Shown: positions 20,135-31,053, counted from the stretch's first letter. The stretch: 64,000 nucleotides of DNA from an uncultured Bacteroidia bacterium (GCA_902774155.1 CACYHF010000006.1:37391-101390), one strand, 5' to 3'. Notes: generated from the letters alone by a model not told the origin. A program made the numbers and translations.

Positions 20135-20880
20135 AGAAAATATCCATTATCCTTACGTTTTTATGCCTGTGCCAATTCATCCAGGCACAGCAATTATACA
20201 ATATGAGCCTGGACGAATGGTCCAAACAAGGACGTACCTGGAATCCTTTCCCCAAAGATGCCAGCGAAAAGCAGCTTGTATGGGCCAGTGCTAACGGCGC
20301 TATGAAGGTTTTGGGTGTCAATACCACTATGCCGGAATATGAACACGTGGCTGTCCCGGGACAGGGGAAGGCCGCGGCCAAGATTGTGAGCCGGAAAGTA
20401 ACCTGGGCCTTTGCCGCTGGCAGTCTGTTTACGGGGCATTTTATCCGCGTGGTGAACTTCTCGGGGATAGAAATGGACAACGGAACGCCCTTTACGGGAC
20501 GTCCCAAAAGTTTGTCGGGTTATTATCACTACCAACCTGGCGTCATTAACTATGCCAAGGAACCTTGTCTTTCTATGAAGGGGAAAACGGACATCGGCCA
20601 AATTGAAGTGGCCCTGTACGACTGGCCCCAGGCTCTCCGTCAAGTGACAAATGAAGGCCACTTTGATCCTGAAGCCGACCCCCACCTGATTGGAAGGGGC
20701 GTGCTGAAATTAACCCGGGCGACAGACGGTTACGTCCATTTTGAGCTTCCCATTGAGTACAGAAGGGACGACAAACCCACCTTCGTGGGAATATGTTTTC
20801 TTTCCAGCGCCTTGGGAGAGTATTTTACTGGCAGCAGCGATACCGTCCTGTACGTTGATGAACTCCAATTCAACTATTAA
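20131..20880 (+). CDS. Secreted PCMD (putative carbohydrate metabolism domain) protein
   Basis: Signal peptide; WASAN, AAGSLFTG, PFTGRPKSLSGYYHYQPG, LYVDEL. Confidence 0.75.
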   Translation: MKKISIILTFLCLCQFIQAQQLYNMSLDEWSKQGRTWNPFPKDASEKQLVWASANGAMKVLGVNTTMPEYEHVAVPGQGKAAAKIVSRKVTWAFAAGSLFTGHFIRVVNFSGIEMDNGTPFTGRPKSLSGYYHYQPGVINYAKEPCLSMKGKTDIGQIEVALYDWPQALRQVTNEGHFDPEADPHLIGRGVLKLTRATDGYVHFELPIEYRRDDKPTFVGICFLSSALGEYFTGSSDTVLYVDELQFNY

Positions 20881-20882
20881 TA

Positions 20883-21827
20883 ATGAAGAAAATGAACATT
20901 CCCCTGATGGGCACGCTGTTGGTGTTGTCCATCATCGTATGCCCCATTTTGTATTTCACTGTGGGTCCGGCCTTGGATGAAACGCAGTTGGAAACGTTGA
21001 AAATACTGGGCATCATTTGCGCCTGCAGCGCTGCATTCTGCTTTATCGTGGGAGAGCTTACCGGTAACAACAGCCAGATGGATAAGCTTTGGAGTCTGCT
21101 GCCGATAGCCTATACCTGGGTGATTGCCGTTAAGGGCGGGATGAGCCTCCGGCTGGTGGTGATGGCTGTTCTGGCAACGCTGTGGGGGATTCGGCTCACC
21201 TTTAACTTCGCACGGAAGGGAGCCTACAAACTCAAATTCTGGGAAGGCGTGGAAGACTACCGTTGGGCGATTGTCCGCTCCGGTGCCCCCTTCCATAATA
21301 ACCGTTGGGCCTGGGCAGCTTTCGACCTGGGTTTCATCTCCGTCTACCAGAATGCGCTGGTTCTGATGACCATTTTCCCCGCCCTGGTTGCCATGTCATC
21401 GGCCGTTCCCTTCGGCTGGGTAGACGGTCTGGCCGCAGTTCTTATGCTGGGCTTCATCATCTGGGAAACCATTGCCGATGAGCAGCAGTGGGCTTTCCAG
21501 ACAAAGAAATGGTCCATGCTGAACGAGGGGAAGAAGCTGGAGGATCTTCCCGCTCCGTATAACAAAGGTTTCAATACCACAGGCCTTTGGGCCCGCAGCC
21601 GCCATCCCAACTATTTTGCCGAACAGGGCACCTGGGCGGCCTTCTATATCTTCTCCATCGGTGCGGGTATGGGAATCATCAACTGGAGCATCATCGGCGC
21701 CTTGCTCCTGATGGTCCTTTTCCAAGGCAGTTCCTCGCTGGCCGAGGAAATCAGCGGCGGGAAATATCCCGAGTATGACCAATACTGCCGCAGCGTTCCC
21801 CGTTTCTTCCCCGGGAAGCATATATAA
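20883..21827 (+). CDS. DUF1295 / steroid 5-alpha-reductase-family membrane protein
   Basis: DKLWSLLP, WGIRLTFN, EDYRW, ETIADEQ, GLWARSRHPNYF. Confidence 0.85.
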   Translation: MKKMNIPLMGTLLVLSIIVCPILYFTVGPALDETQLETLKILGIICACSAAFCFIVGELTGNNSQMDKLWSLLPIAYTWVIAVKGGMSLRLVVMAVLATLWGIRLTFNFARKGAYKLKFWEGVEDYRWAIVRSGAPFHNNRWAWAAFDLGFISVYQNALVLMTIFPALVAMSSAVPFGWVDGLAAVLMLGFIIWETIADEQQWAFQTKKWSMLNEGKKLEDLPAPYNKGFNTTGLWARSRHPNYFAEQGTWAAFYIFSIGAGMGIINWSIIGALLLMVLFQGSSSLAEEISGGKYPEYDQYCRSVPRFFPGKHI

Positions 21828-21829
21828 AC

Positions 21830-21860
21830 AAAAAAGTCGCTGAAAATCAGCGACTTTTTT
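21830..21860. terminator. Bidirectional terminator between the steroid operon and tRNA-Asp
   Basis: aaaaaagtcgctga-aaa-tcagcgactttttt. Confidence 0.85.
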
Positions 21861-21863
21861 AAG

Positions 21864-21938
21864 CGGTGCGGACGAGGCTCGAACTCGCGACCCCCGGCGT
21901 GACAGGCCGGTATTCTAAACCGACTGAACTACCGCACC
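21864..21938 (-). tRNA. tRNA-Asp (GTC)
   Basis: GGTGCGG acceptor stem, anticodon arm CCGGC-CTGTCAC-GCCGG, TTCGA T loop. Confidence 0.97.
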
Positions 21939-22024
21939 AAGTTTTCAGTGAACTTCCCTTCGGGATTACAAAGGTACAAACTATTTTTGAATCTGCAAGG
22001 GGTTCCTGAAACTTTTTCAAAAAA

Positions 22025-22450
22025 TTACTCAATCGTAATCTGTTTCTTGGCCTTCTCCACTTCCACCTTTTTCACCTTGGGCAGGTTTACGGTAAGGACG
22101 CCGTCCTCTACCTTGGCGCTGATGGCTTCACGGTTGGTGTCGTCGGGAAGGAGCATGGTCTGCTGGAATTTGGTGTAGGAGAACTCGCGGCGCACATAGT
22201 GGCCTTTCTTCTGTTCGTTCTCACTGCCTTTCTTTTCCATCTTGATTACCAGGTCGCCTTCTTCGTCCAGGTGGATATCGAAATCGGCCTTGGTCATACC
22301 GGGAGCGGCCAGCTCCAGCTGATAAGCGTCAGGGGTTTCCAGGACGTTGATGGCCGGGCAAGTGGCCTTGGGGCGCTCCATCCAGGTATTGTCAAAGAAA
22401 TCGTTGAAGATGTCGGGCATCCAATTCTGATTGTGTCTTACAGGTAACAT
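22025..22450 (-). CDS. Hsp20 / alpha-crystallin small heat shock protein
   Basis: PAINVLET, LAAPG, RREFSY, ISAKVEDGVLTVNLPK. Confidence 0.93.
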   Translation of the reverse strand: MLPVRHNQNWMPDIFNDFFDNTWMERPKATCPAINVLETPDAYQLELAAPGMTKADFDIHLDEEGDLVIKMEKKGSENEQKKGHYVRREFSYTKFQQTMLLPDDTNREAISAKVEDGVLTVNLPKVKKVEVEKAKKQITIE

Positions 22451-22500
22451 AACTAAAACCTCCTATATTTTTTATGTTTAACTTTCTGCCTCTTGATTTG

Positions 22501-22516
22501 GCAAATCCGGGACCAA
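22501..22516 (-). promoter_or_regulatory. Candidate sigma54-type -24/-12 promoter for hsp20
   Basis: Minus strand TTGGTCCCGGATTTGC has GG-N10-GC spacing. Confidence 0.45.
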
Positions 22517-22632
22517 GGGCCGAAAACGCGAAAAAAACAGACAAGCTGGCAGGTTCGCTTGCCAAAATGGCCGAAAGAATGCCAAAATCCAGAAAATAAT
22601 CGTACTTTTGTTATTCACTAATCTATTTGTTT

Positions 22633-23256
22633 ATGGAAGAGGCTCCGCTCCAGCACTGGTATGCGCTGAAACTGTTCTACAACAAGGTTTTCGAAATGGA
22701 AAGCCTGTTGCAGCAGCGGGGCATGGAAACCTATCTGGCGGTCCAGTCCGTCCGCCTGAAAGGGGCGGCGCACCTGGCTGCACGGAAGCGGCTGGCCGAT
22801 GTATCGGCCCCCAAAGACCATCGCTATGTTGTGGAGGGCGCAGAGATCTATGCGCGGAAGCCGCTGGTGACCTCACTCCTCTTTGTCTATGCCACCACGG
22901 CGGAGATTGCCGAGATTGACAAACTGCTCCGGGAACCTACCGCTATGGGGCGCGCCAAAGGCTTTGTGTACAAGACGGCCGATTTTACCACTTTCGCCAC
23001 CATCCCGGCCAAGCAGATGGAACAGTTCCGCCTGGTGGTGGATTCCGGCGCCGGCGGTTTGGAGTTTTTTGCCGATGACGACTTCACGCGTTATAAACAA
23101 GGTTCGCGCGTGCGGGTAACTTCGGGGCCGATGAAAGGCGCCGAGGGTTACATCAAGCGCATCCGCCGCGACCGTCGCCTCCTGGTGTGCATCGAAGGCA
23201 TCATAGCCGTGGCCACGTCCTATATCCCGCCGGAACAATTGGAAATCGTTTCATAA
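22633..23256 (+). CDS. UpxY/NusG-family transcription antiterminator
   Basis: [13 protein letters not shown] domain, [12 protein letters not shown] motif [13 protein letters not shown]. Confidence 0.85.
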   Translation: MEEAPLQHWYALKLFYNKVFEMESLLQQRGMETYLAVQSVRLKGAAHLAARKRLADVSAPKDHRYVVEGAEIYARKPLVTSLLFVYATTAEIAEIDKLLREPTAMGRAKGFVYKTADFTTFATIPAKQMEQFRLVVDSGAGGLEFFADDDFTRYKQGSRVRVTSGPMKGAEGYIKRIRRDRRLLVCIEGIIAVATSYIPPEQLEIVS

Positions 23257-23260
23257 CGCT

Positions 23261-26068
23261 ATGCCCGCAGAAGGAAACATACTGGTCAAGAAGGCCCGCG
23301 TGAACAACCTGAAGGACATTACGGTGGAGATTCCCCGTAACCGGCTGGTTGTGATCACCGGCGTCTCCGGCAGCGGAAAGAGTTCCCTGGCGTTTGACAC
23401 GCTCTTTGCCGAAGGGCAGCGACGTTTTGCGGAGAGCCTCTCGTCCTATGCCCGCCAGTTCCTGGGCCGTATGGTAAAACCGGATGTGGAAACCATTGAG
23501 GGCATTCCGCCGGCCATCGCCATCGAGCAGCGCGTGAACATCCGGAATCCCCGTTCCACGGTGGCCACCACCACGGAAATCTACGACTATCTGCGCATCC
23601 TCTTCGCCCGTATCGGCCGCACATATTCGCCCGTGAGCGGGGAGGAGGTGAAGGCCCACACGGTACAGGATGTCCTGGAAGCCTTGTCGGCCCCGGGCGC
23701 CTATTATATCCTGGCCGATTTGCATTGGGACGCGCGCGAAGACAAGGTGGAACTGATGCTCGTCCTCAAGGAAGAGGGCTACGGCCGCCTGTTTTCTCCT
23801 TCCGAGAACAAGATTTATCAGATTGAAGAAGTCCTGCAGCTGGATGGCCGCTATCCGGCCGGATTGATGCTGCTGGTGGACCGCGTGAAGACTTCCGGTC
23901 CGCTGGACGAGGACCTGCGCACCCGTCTGCACAGTTCCGTCCAGGCCGCCTTTGACAAAGGCAACGGCGACATGGCCCTTTCCGAAGTGCGAAGCGGGGG
24001 CTGTGAGATAGTGCACTTCTGCTCCCGCTTTGAGCGCGATGGAATGGTGTTCAGGCAGCCGGACGAATATTTGTTCTCCTTCAACAGCCCGCTGGGCGCC
24101 TGTCCCGTTTGCGGCGGCCTGGGTAAGATTGTGGGCGTGAGCGAAGATCTGGTGGTGCCGGACAAGACCAAGAGCATATATGACGGAGCCATTGCCTGCT
24201 GGCGCGGGGATAAGATGGGCTGGTTCAAGGACCAGGTGGTGAGAAACTCGGAGAAATACGGCATTCCCATCTTTGAGCCTTATTGCAAACTTACACCGGA
24301 GCAGAAACGCATCCTCTGGGAGGCCCGCTCCGTTATGGGCGACGAATCCACCATCGTAGGCATCAACGAGTTCTTCGAGTGGGTGGAAAGCAATCGCTAC
24401 AAGGTGCAGTACAAATATATGTTAAGCCGATATTCCGGCCGTACCACCTGTCACGCCTGCGGCGGCAGCCGCCTGCGCCCGGAAGCCTTGTATGTAAAAA
24501 TCTGCGGCAAGACCATCCACGACCTTCTCTCTATGACCGTGGATGAACTGCTGGTGTGGTTCCACCAATGTGAATTAACGGCTTATGAGGCAGAGATTGC
24601 CGGGAAGGCCATTGAGGAAATCCAGTACCGCTTGCAGTGTATCCAGGATGTAGGCTTGGGTTATCTTACGCTGAGCCGCACCATGAATACGCTTTCCGGC
24701 GGCGAGAGCCAGCGGGTGAACCTGGTAACGGCCTTGGGCAGTTCCCTGGTGGGCTCCCTGTATATCCTGGATGAACCTTCCATCGGCCTGCATCCCCGCG
24801 ACACGGACCGGCTCATTGCTGTACTCAAGCGCCTGCGCGACATTGGCAATACCGTGGTGGTGGTGGAGCACGACCCTGAGATTATCCGGGCGGCGGACTG
24901 CCTCATAGACCTGGGACCCCGGGCCGGCGTGAACGGCGGCGAGGTGGTGTTCCAGGGGATGCCCGGTCAAGCCGGGCATGACGAGGAAGAGCGTTCCCTG
25001 ACGCTGCAGTACCTGGCGGGTATTCGCAAGCGGTATGTGCGGGAAAAGAACCCCTGGCGCTATTCCATTACCGTGCAGGGGGCTATGCAGAACAACCTCA
25101 AGGACATTGACGTACAGTTCCCGCTGAATGCCTTTACCGTGGTTACCGGCGTTTCCGGCAGCGGAAAGAGCTCCCTGGTGGGCGATATCCTGTATCCGGC
25201 CCTGCACCGGCTCCTGAACGAGACAGGAGACCTGCCCGGTACCTTCAAGGGCCTTGCCGGCGACGTGAACCGCATCTCCCGGGTGGAGTATGTGGATCAG
25301 AATCCCATCGGCCGGAGTTCCCGCTCCAACGCCGTCACCTATTTAAAGGTATACGACGACATCCGCAAGCTCCTGAGCGATCAGCAATATGCCCGGATTA
25401 ACGGCTTCACGCCCAGTTATTTCTCCTTCAACCAGGACGGCGGCCGTTGTCCGGAATGTCAGGGCGACGGCTTTGTGAAAATCGGCATGCAGTTCATGGC
25501 CGATGTCACCATGGTGTGCGAAAGCTGCGGTGGCAAGCGCTTCAAGCCCGAAATCCTGGAAGTACGTTACCAGGGTCTGAACGTGGACGATATCCTGAAT
25601 CTGAGCGTGGACCAGGCCATTGCCTTTTTCCGGGCGCAGAAGGAGCCGGCCGCCCAGACCATCGCAGACAAACTCCAGCCCCTGGTGGACGTGGGCCTGG
25701 GCTATATCAAGCTGGGACAGCCTTCCAGCACGCTTTCCGGCGGCGAAAGCCAGCGCATCAAGCTGGCCTATTTCCTCTCGCTGGCCGAGGGTGGCCGGGA
25801 GCGGATCCTGTTCATCTTCGACGAACCCACCACCGGCCTGCATTTCTACGATGTGGAAAAACTCCTGCGGGCTTTTGACGTGCTCATCGGCAAGGAACAT
25901 ACGGTGATTGTGGTGGAACACAACCTGGATGTGATTCGCAGCGCCGACTGGGTGATCGACCTGGGACCGGACGCCGGCGACCGGGGCGGGGAAGTGGTGT
26001 TTGCCGGAACGCCGGAACGCCTGATGGCCGAGGGAGATACATTCACAGCCCAATACCTGCGCGTATGA
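23261..26068 (+). CDS. uvrA: Excinuclease ABC subunit UvrA
   Basis: Two ABC modules (GVSGSGKS twice, LSGGESQR twice), CxxC zinc fingers. Confidence 0.95.
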   Translation: MPAEGNILVKKARVNNLKDITVEIPRNRLVVITGVSGSGKSSLAFDTLFAEGQRRFAESLSSYARQFLGRMVKPDVETIEGIPPAIAIEQRVNIRNPRSTVATTTEIYDYLRILFARIGRTYSPVSGEEVKAHTVQDVLEALSAPGAYYILADLHWDAREDKVELMLVLKEEGYGRLFSPSENKIYQIEEVLQLDGRYPAGLMLLVDRVKTSGPLDEDLRTRLHSSVQAAFDKGNGDMALSEVRSGGCEIVHFCSRFERDGMVFRQPDEYLFSFNSPLGACPVCGGLGKIVGVSEDLVVPDKTKSIYDGAIACWRGDKMGWFKDQVVRNSEKYGIPIFEPYCKLTPEQKRILWEARSVMGDESTIVGINEFFEWVESNRYKVQYKYMLSRYSGRTTCHACGGSRLRPEALYVKICGKTIHDLLSMTVDELLVWFHQCELTAYEAEIAGKAIEEIQYRLQCIQDVGLGYLTLSRTMNTLSGGESQRVNLVTALGSSLVGSLYILDEPSIGLHPRDTDRLIAVLKRLRDIGNTVVVVEHDPEIIRAADCLIDLGPRAGVNGGEVVFQGMPGQAGHDEEERSLTLQYLAGIRKRYVREKNPWRYSITVQGAMQNNLKDIDVQFPLNAFTVVTGVSGSGKSSLVGDILYPALHRLLNETGDLPGTFKGLAGDVNRISRVEYVDQNPIGRSSRSNAVTYLKVYDDIRKLLSDQQYARINGFTPSYFSFNQDGGRCPECQGDGFVKIGMQFMADVTMVCESCGGKRFKPEILEVRYQGLNVDDILNLSVDQAIAFFRAQKEPAAQTIADKLQPLVDVGLGYIKLGQPSSTLSGGESQRIKLAYFLSLAEGGRERILFIFDEPTTGLHFYDVEKLLRAFDVLIGKEHTVIVVEHNLDVIRSADWVIDLGPDAGDRGGEVVFAGTPERLMAEGDTFTAQYLRV

Positions 26069-26901
26069 AGCGGATAGCAGCCCTTACCATGGTCCGTAAC
26101 GACGATTTCTACCTGCGCAAGTGGGTAGAATATTATGGCGGACAGTTGGGAAAAGAGAATCTGTACATCTACTTCGACGGCCTGGACCAGGCCATCCCCC
26201 CTTTCTGCGAAGGAACCCACGGCGTCTGTCTCCCCAAAGTGGGAACGGATGTAGTATCCAACGACAAAGGCCGGGTGGCGGTTTTGAGCGCCAAGGCAGC
26301 CGAGCTGTTTGCCGCTGGATATGAACTGGTGATAGGAACGGATGCCGATGAATTCCTGGTTCCGGACCCGGAGCTGGGGAAAAGCCTGCCGGCTTTTCTG
26401 TCCGGCCTTGAGATCCGGGGCTGTGCTTCGGCCCTGGGCTTGGACGTGGGGCAGAAACTGGGGGAGGAAGGAGCTATCTGTGAAACGGAGCCTTTCCTGA
26501 GCCAGCGGCATTATGCCCAGCTGGGCACGCGCTATACCAAAGCCTGCATCCTGGCGAAACCCTTGGAATGGGGCAGCGGCTTCCATCGGGTGCGTGGCCA
26601 CAACTTCCATATTGTCAAGGGCTTATACCTGTTTCATTTGGGATATTTCGATATGGGACGTATTGAGGCGCGTTTTCAGGATCAGGACCGTCTTGCCCTT
26701 GGCTGGGAGCGTCATCTGAAGAAACGTTCCCGTACCATCCGCTTGGTTTCTCGCTTGAAAGCCCGGGATTTCGAACGCTGGACCCGTTGGGCCCGCTACT
26801 GTCAGACCTTGCTGCGGCCGCCGTATGCCTGGAACAAACCGGCCCTGCTGGGCTTGAAAATCATTGTCCGGATTCCGGACCGTTTCCAGCAGTTGCTGTA
26901 A
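26065..26901 (+). CDS. Glycosyltransferase family 2-like protein
   Basis: ALTMVRNDDFYLRKWVEYY, TDADEFL DxD motif. Confidence 0.75.
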   Translation: MKRIAALTMVRNDDFYLRKWVEYYGGQLGKENLYIYFDGLDQAIPPFCEGTHGVCLPKVGTDVVSNDKGRVAVLSAKAAELFAAGYELVIGTDADEFLVPDPELGKSLPAFLSGLEIRGCASALGLDVGQKLGEEGAICETEPFLSQRHYAQLGTRYTKACILAKPLEWGSGFHRVRGHNFHIVKGLYLFHLGYFDMGRIEARFQDQDRLALGWERHLKKRSRTIRLVSRLKARDFERWTRWARYCQTLLRPPYAWNKPALLGLKIIVRIPDRFQQLL

Positions 26902-27871
26902 GGGTTTCCGCCTTAGCCAGAATACTTTCTACGGAGATGTCCCTCAGGCAGGGGCAGTCTCCCAGGCGGCATTTCCCTTCTCCGTACACGCTGCAAGGGC
27001 GGCAGGGGAGGTCCAGTTGGAGGTAATTGCGGGCGGGATCGGCCCCCCAGGCCGAATAGCCCACGGCGGGGTGGGTGGAACCCCAGATGGCCAGCAGGGG
27101 TGCTCCGGCGAGCGAAGCCATATGCATAGCCGAGGAATCCATCGTGATGACGAGGTCCAGCCGGGCCATCAGGGACACTTCGCCGGCCAGGTCGGTTTTT
27201 TTGAAGACGGGAACCACGTTGGGACAGGCCGAAGCCATACGCTGGCAAAAGGCCAGTTCCTCGCCGCCGCCGGAGAAAAGGAATACCTTGTCATAGCGGG
27301 CGGCCAGGGCTTTCACCAGTTCTGTGCGGTGGGGCTCCGGATAGATTTTTAACTCCGAGGCGGCGAAGGGCGCGTAGCCCACCCATCGGCCTGTTTTTTC
27401 GCCGAAAACGGCAGGCATGGGTGCTTCCCAGCGGGCGAGCGCCGGCGGTGCAACAGGATAACCCAATTCGGCGAAAACATCGCAGAAGCGCAGCACGTTG
27501 TTCTCCAGCCAGACCAGCTGTTTGTTGCGGGGCCGCAGAAGCGGACGGCGCTGGGCATAGCGCTGCCGATACTTGGCGCAGGGGACGCCCTTGATGCCCA
27601 TAACCAGGCGAACCAGCTTGCCGCGAAACTCGTTTCGCAAATCGGCTACACAGTCCGGCTGCGCGGCGCGGATATCCTTCATCAGCTGGCGAAAGTCTTT
27701 GATTTCAATGAATTGCAGCCCTTCGATGCCGGTGAAAAAGGCGGGCATGCGCGGCTTGGTGGCAATGACAATCTCCAGTTCCGGATAGGTTTGGCGCAAC
27801 GCCCGTACGGCATGGACCAGCATGGCCACGTCGCCGATTCCGGCGCTCCGGAGGATGAGGATGCGGGCCAT
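26861..27871 (-). CDS. Glycosyltransferase family 9 (heptosyltransferase-like)
   Basis: Starts MARILILRSAGIGDV; TMDSSAMHMAS, WGSTHP, PCRPCS; TAATG coupling to the upstream gene. Confidence 0.88.
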   Translation of the reverse strand: MARILILRSAGIGDVAMLVHAVRALRQTYPELEIVIATKPRMPAFFTGIEGLQFIEIKDFRQLMKDIRAAQPDCVADLRNEFRGKLVRLVMGIKGVPCAKYRQRYAQRRPLLRPRNKQLVWLENNVLRFCDVFAELGYPVAPPALARWEAPMPAVFGEKTGRWVGYAPFAASELKIYPEPHRTELVKALAARYDKVFLFSGGGEELAFCQRMASACPNVVPVFKKTDLAGEVSLMARLDLVITMDSSAMHMASLAGAPLLAIWGSTHPAVGYSAWGADPARNYLQLDLPCRPCSVYGEGKCRLGDCPCLRDISVESILAKAETLTATAGNGPESGQ

Positions 27872-28473
27872 TACTTCTTGGCGTAGAGCACCGGATTGGT
27901 ATCGGTGTCGTTGTACATCTTCATCTGCTTGTACACCTTCATACGCTTGGTGCCGGCGGAGAGGTCTTCCAGCAGTTCGGTGATGGACTGCGTAAGGTCT
28001 TCCCGCTGGGTGAGCAGCACCTGCAGTTTCGCTGCGCAACGGGCGCGGTGTTCGGCCGATGCATCGGGACGCGTGGCTTCGGCCTGCATATGGTAGATTT
28101 TGAGCGCCAGGATGGAGAGCCGGTCGATGGCCCAGGCGGGCGTTTCCGTGTTCACGCGGGCATCGGCTTTTGGCGTAACCTCTTGGAACTGTTGCAGGTA
28201 ATACGAGTCGATGTATTCCACCATATCGGTGCGGTCCTGGTTGGACTTGTCGATGCGGCGCTTGATGGCCAGGGCCTCCACCGGCTGGATGTCCGGATCC
28301 CGGATGATGTCTTCCAGATGCCACTGCACGGTGTCAATCCAGCATTTCTGATAGAGCAGGAAGGCCAGGGAGCCTTTCTCATAGGGATTGGGGCAGGAGG
28401 TGTCGATGTTGTCGGTGGTATGATAATCGGCGATGACACGGTCAAACAACCGGTTGAAGTCGGTGGGTTTCAT
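27871..28473 (-). CDS. DUF4254 domain protein
   Basis: KCWIDTVQWHLEDIIR, KRRIDKSNQDRTD, ETPAWAIDRLSIL; usual neighbour of GT9 in Bacteroidota. Confidence 0.8.
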   Translation of the reverse strand: MKPTDFNRLFDRVIADYHTTDNIDTSCPNPYEKGSLAFLLYQKCWIDTVQWHLEDIIRDPDIQPVEALAIKRRIDKSNQDRTDMVEYIDSYYLQQFQEVTPKADARVNTETPAWAIDRLSILALKIYHMQAEATRPDASAEHRARCAAKLQVLLTQREDLTQSITELLEDLSAGTKRMKVYKQMKMYNDTDTNPVLYAKK

Positions 28474-28474
28474 G

Positions 28475-29515
28475 CTAAATCATTTCTTGATAAATCTTCC
28501 AATACGCGCTGGCGGCCTTGTCCCAGGTGAAGCGCGACAGATGGGCGTCGATGGCCGTCCGGGACAGATTTGCCTGCAAACCCTGTTCCAAAACGGCCTG
28601 CATAGCTTCGGGTTGGAAGGCGTGATCAAAATAAAAGACACAGTCTCCGCCCACCTCGGGCAGCGAAGTGCGGTCCGAGCAAAAGACAGGCTTGTAATAT
28701 TGCAGGGCCTCCAGTACCGGCAAGCCGAACCCTTCGGCCAGGGAAGGAAAGAGGAAGGCCTGGCAATGCTGCAGGTACCAGTGTTTCTCGGCGGTATGCA
28801 CCGGGCCGATGAACTTGACCCGCTCCTCCACTTTCCAGCGGCGCGCTTCCAGAAGAATCTCCTGGGCATAGGCTTTGTCTTCCACCGGACCGGCGATGAG
28901 GAGGTCCAGGTCGTTGCCCACCAGCAGGGGCGGGAGCACGTGCACGTTCTTGTTTCGGCTGATGCGGTTGATATTCAAGAGGAAAGGCCGTTCGGGAACC
29001 ACAGCCGGCGCCTGCACGCTGGCGGGGCAGGCCTCGGTTCCGTTGTACACCACGTCCACGGACTTCCCCTTGGTGTCGAAGTAGGTCAGGATATCCCTTT
29101 TGGATGCTTCCGAGATGGTGACGATACGCGTGGCACGACGAATGACTTGCTGGTACAGCCTCCGGTGGTGGGCCCGCCTGGGGTTGGATTCCTCCATATG
29201 CATAAAGTTCACATCGTGAATGGTGACGAGCACCGGTATGCGTGAGCTGGGCCAATACTTGGATTGTTGGCTGGCACAGTGCCACAGGGCGGTATGGGCC
29301 GGTACCGGCAGATAGAACTTCTGGCAGGAGTGCCAGCGCAAATAGTCTACCGACGGGCCGAAACTACCTATGAAGGCTTCCGGAACATAGAGGGACAGCC
29401 GGGGGGCGTCCGATGGCGACTGATTCACCAGGGAGCGGGCCAGGTTGTTACAGTAACTGTGGAAACCGGTAAAGGGCTTCCGAAGTTGCTCACAGTCGAA
29501 AACAAGGGTCCTCAT
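28475..29515 (-). CDS. Glycosyltransferase GT4 (MtfB-like)
   Basis: [36 protein letters not shown]. Confidence 0.88.
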   Translation of the reverse strand: MRTLVFDCEQLRKPFTGFHSYCNNLARSLVNQSPSDAPRLSLYVPEAFIGSFGPSVDYLRWHSCQKFYLPVPAHTALWHCASQQSKYWPSSRIPVLVTIHDVNFMHMEESNPRRAHHRRLYQQVIRRATRIVTISEASKRDILTYFDTKGKSVDVVYNGTEACPASVQAPAVVPERPFLLNINRISRNKNVHVLPPLLVGNDLDLLIAGPVEDKAYAQEILLEARRWKVEERVKFIGPVHTAEKHWYLQHCQAFLFPSLAEGFGLPVLEALQYYKPVFCSDRTSLPEVGGDCVFYFDHAFQPEAMQAVLEQGLQANLSRTAIDAHLSRFTWDKAASAYWKIYQEMI

Positions 29516-29576
29516 TGGGCGCAAAGGTAAAAAAAAAGGCGGTTTTTCTAAAATTTATCAGTACTTTTGCGATACG

Positions 29577-30482
29577 ATGAAAGGAATAGTACTCGCCGGT
29601 GGCTCCGGCACCCGTCTGTACCCCATTACCAAAGGGGTTTCAAAGCAGTTGCTTCCCATCTATGACAAGCCCATGGTGTATTATCCCGTGAGCGTGCTTA
29701 TGCTGGCGGGAATCCGGGATATTCTGGTGATTTCAACGCCGCAGGATCTGCCCGGTTTCCAACGTCTGCTGGGCGACGGATCCAGTTTCGGCGTGCATCT
29801 TTCCTATGCGGAGCAGCCTTCTCCGGACGGTCTGGCACAGGCCTTTATCATTGGGGCGGATTTTATCGGCGACGACAGTGCCTGCCTCGTGCTGGGCGAC
29901 AATATCTTCCACGGCGCGGGTTTTGGCGGCCTGCTGCGCGAAGCCGTCCGTGCGGCCGAAGAAGAAGCCAAGGCCACCGTGTTCGGCTATTGGGTCAGTG
30001 ACCCCCAGCGTTATGGCGTGGCCGAATTCGACAAGGACGGCAATTGCCTTTCCATTGAGGAAAAGCCTGCTCAGCCCAAGAGCAACTATGCCGTTGTGGG
30101 CTTGTATTTCTATCCCAACAAAGTGGTGGATGTTGCCCGTCATATCAAGCCTTCTGCCCGGGGCGAACTGGAAATCACCACGGTGAACCAGGTTTTCCTG
30201 CAGGCCGGAGAACTCAAGGTCCAGACATTGGGCCGCGGGTTCGCCTGGCTGGATACGGGCACGCACGACTCCCTGGCCGAGGCTTCCATCTATATCGAAA
30301 CCATCGAGAAACGGCAAGGTCTCAAGGTGGCCTGCCTGGAGGCCATCGGCCTGCAAAAAGGCTGGGTCTCACCGGAACAGGTCCGTGCTGCAGCCGCTCC
30401 TATGGCCAAGAACCAATATGGACAGTATCTGCTTAAGGTCGCCGATGAAGTAGAGAAAAACGGCCCGTTCAGTTATGATTAA
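29577..30482 (+). CDS. rfbA: Glucose-1-phosphate thymidylyltransferase
   Basis: [39 protein letters not shown]. Confidence 0.97.
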   Translation: MKGIVLAGGSGTRLYPITKGVSKQLLPIYDKPMVYYPVSVLMLAGIRDILVISTPQDLPGFQRLLGDGSSFGVHLSYAEQPSPDGLAQAFIIGADFIGDDSACLVLGDNIFHGAGFGGLLREAVRAAEEEAKATVFGYWVSDPQRYGVAEFDKDGNCLSIEEKPAQPKSNYAVVGLYFYPNKVVDVARHIKPSARGELEITTVNQVFLQAGELKVQTLGRGFAWLDTGTHDSLAEASIYIETIEKRQGLKVACLEAIGLQKGWVSPEQVRAAAAPMAKNQYGQYLLKVADEVEKNGPFSYD

Positions 30483-31053
30483 CGTCATTGAAACACATAT
30501 TCCCGGCGTATTCATCATCGAGCCCAAGGTGTTTGGGGATGCGCGGGGGTACTTTATGGAATCCTGGTCCCAGCGGGACTTCGACGCAGCCGTGCGTCCC
30601 ATCCGCTTTGTCCAGGACAACGAGAGCAAAAGCCGTTACGGGGTGCTCCGGGGCTTGCATTTCCAAAAGGGGAGGTATGCCCAGAGCAAACTGGTGCGTG
30701 TGGTAAGCGGCCGCGTGTTGGACATCGCCGTAGATATCCGCGTGGGTTCGCCTACTTTCGGCCAGTATGTGGCTTGTGAACTGTCAGACCAGAATCATCG
30801 GCTGTTCTTTATTCCCCGCGGTTTCGCGCACGGCTTTTCCGTCTTGAGCCAGGAAGCCGTTTTCCAGTACAAGTGCGACAATCTCTATGAACCTTCGGCG
30901 GAGGGGGCCATTGCCTGGGACGATCCTGCTCTGGGCATAGACTGGGGGCTTCCGAAGGCCGATATCCTTTTGTCGGAGAAAGATCAGCACCACCTGCCGT
31001 TAAGGGAGGCCGATGGCCTGTTTGACTATTACATAGATTATTACGCCCTATGA
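30475..31053 (+). CDS. rfbC: dTDP-4-dehydrorhamnose 3,5-epimerase
   Basis: [27 protein letters not shown]. Confidence 0.97.
   Translation: MINVIETHIPGVFIIEPKVFGDARGYFMESWSQRDFDAAVRPIRFVQDNESKSRYGVLRGLHFQKGRYAQSKLVRVVSGRVLDIAVDIRVGSPTFGQYVACELSDQNHRLFFIPRGFAHGFSVLSQEAVFQYKCDNLYEPSAEGAIAWDDPALGIDWGLPKADILLSEKDQHHLPLREADGLFDYYIDYYAL

Noticed and set aside
26861-28324. 487-aa ORF as a fused protein
   Set aside because: The first 150 aa overlap the DUF4254 gene in another frame; GT9 starts at 27871 via TAATG coupling.
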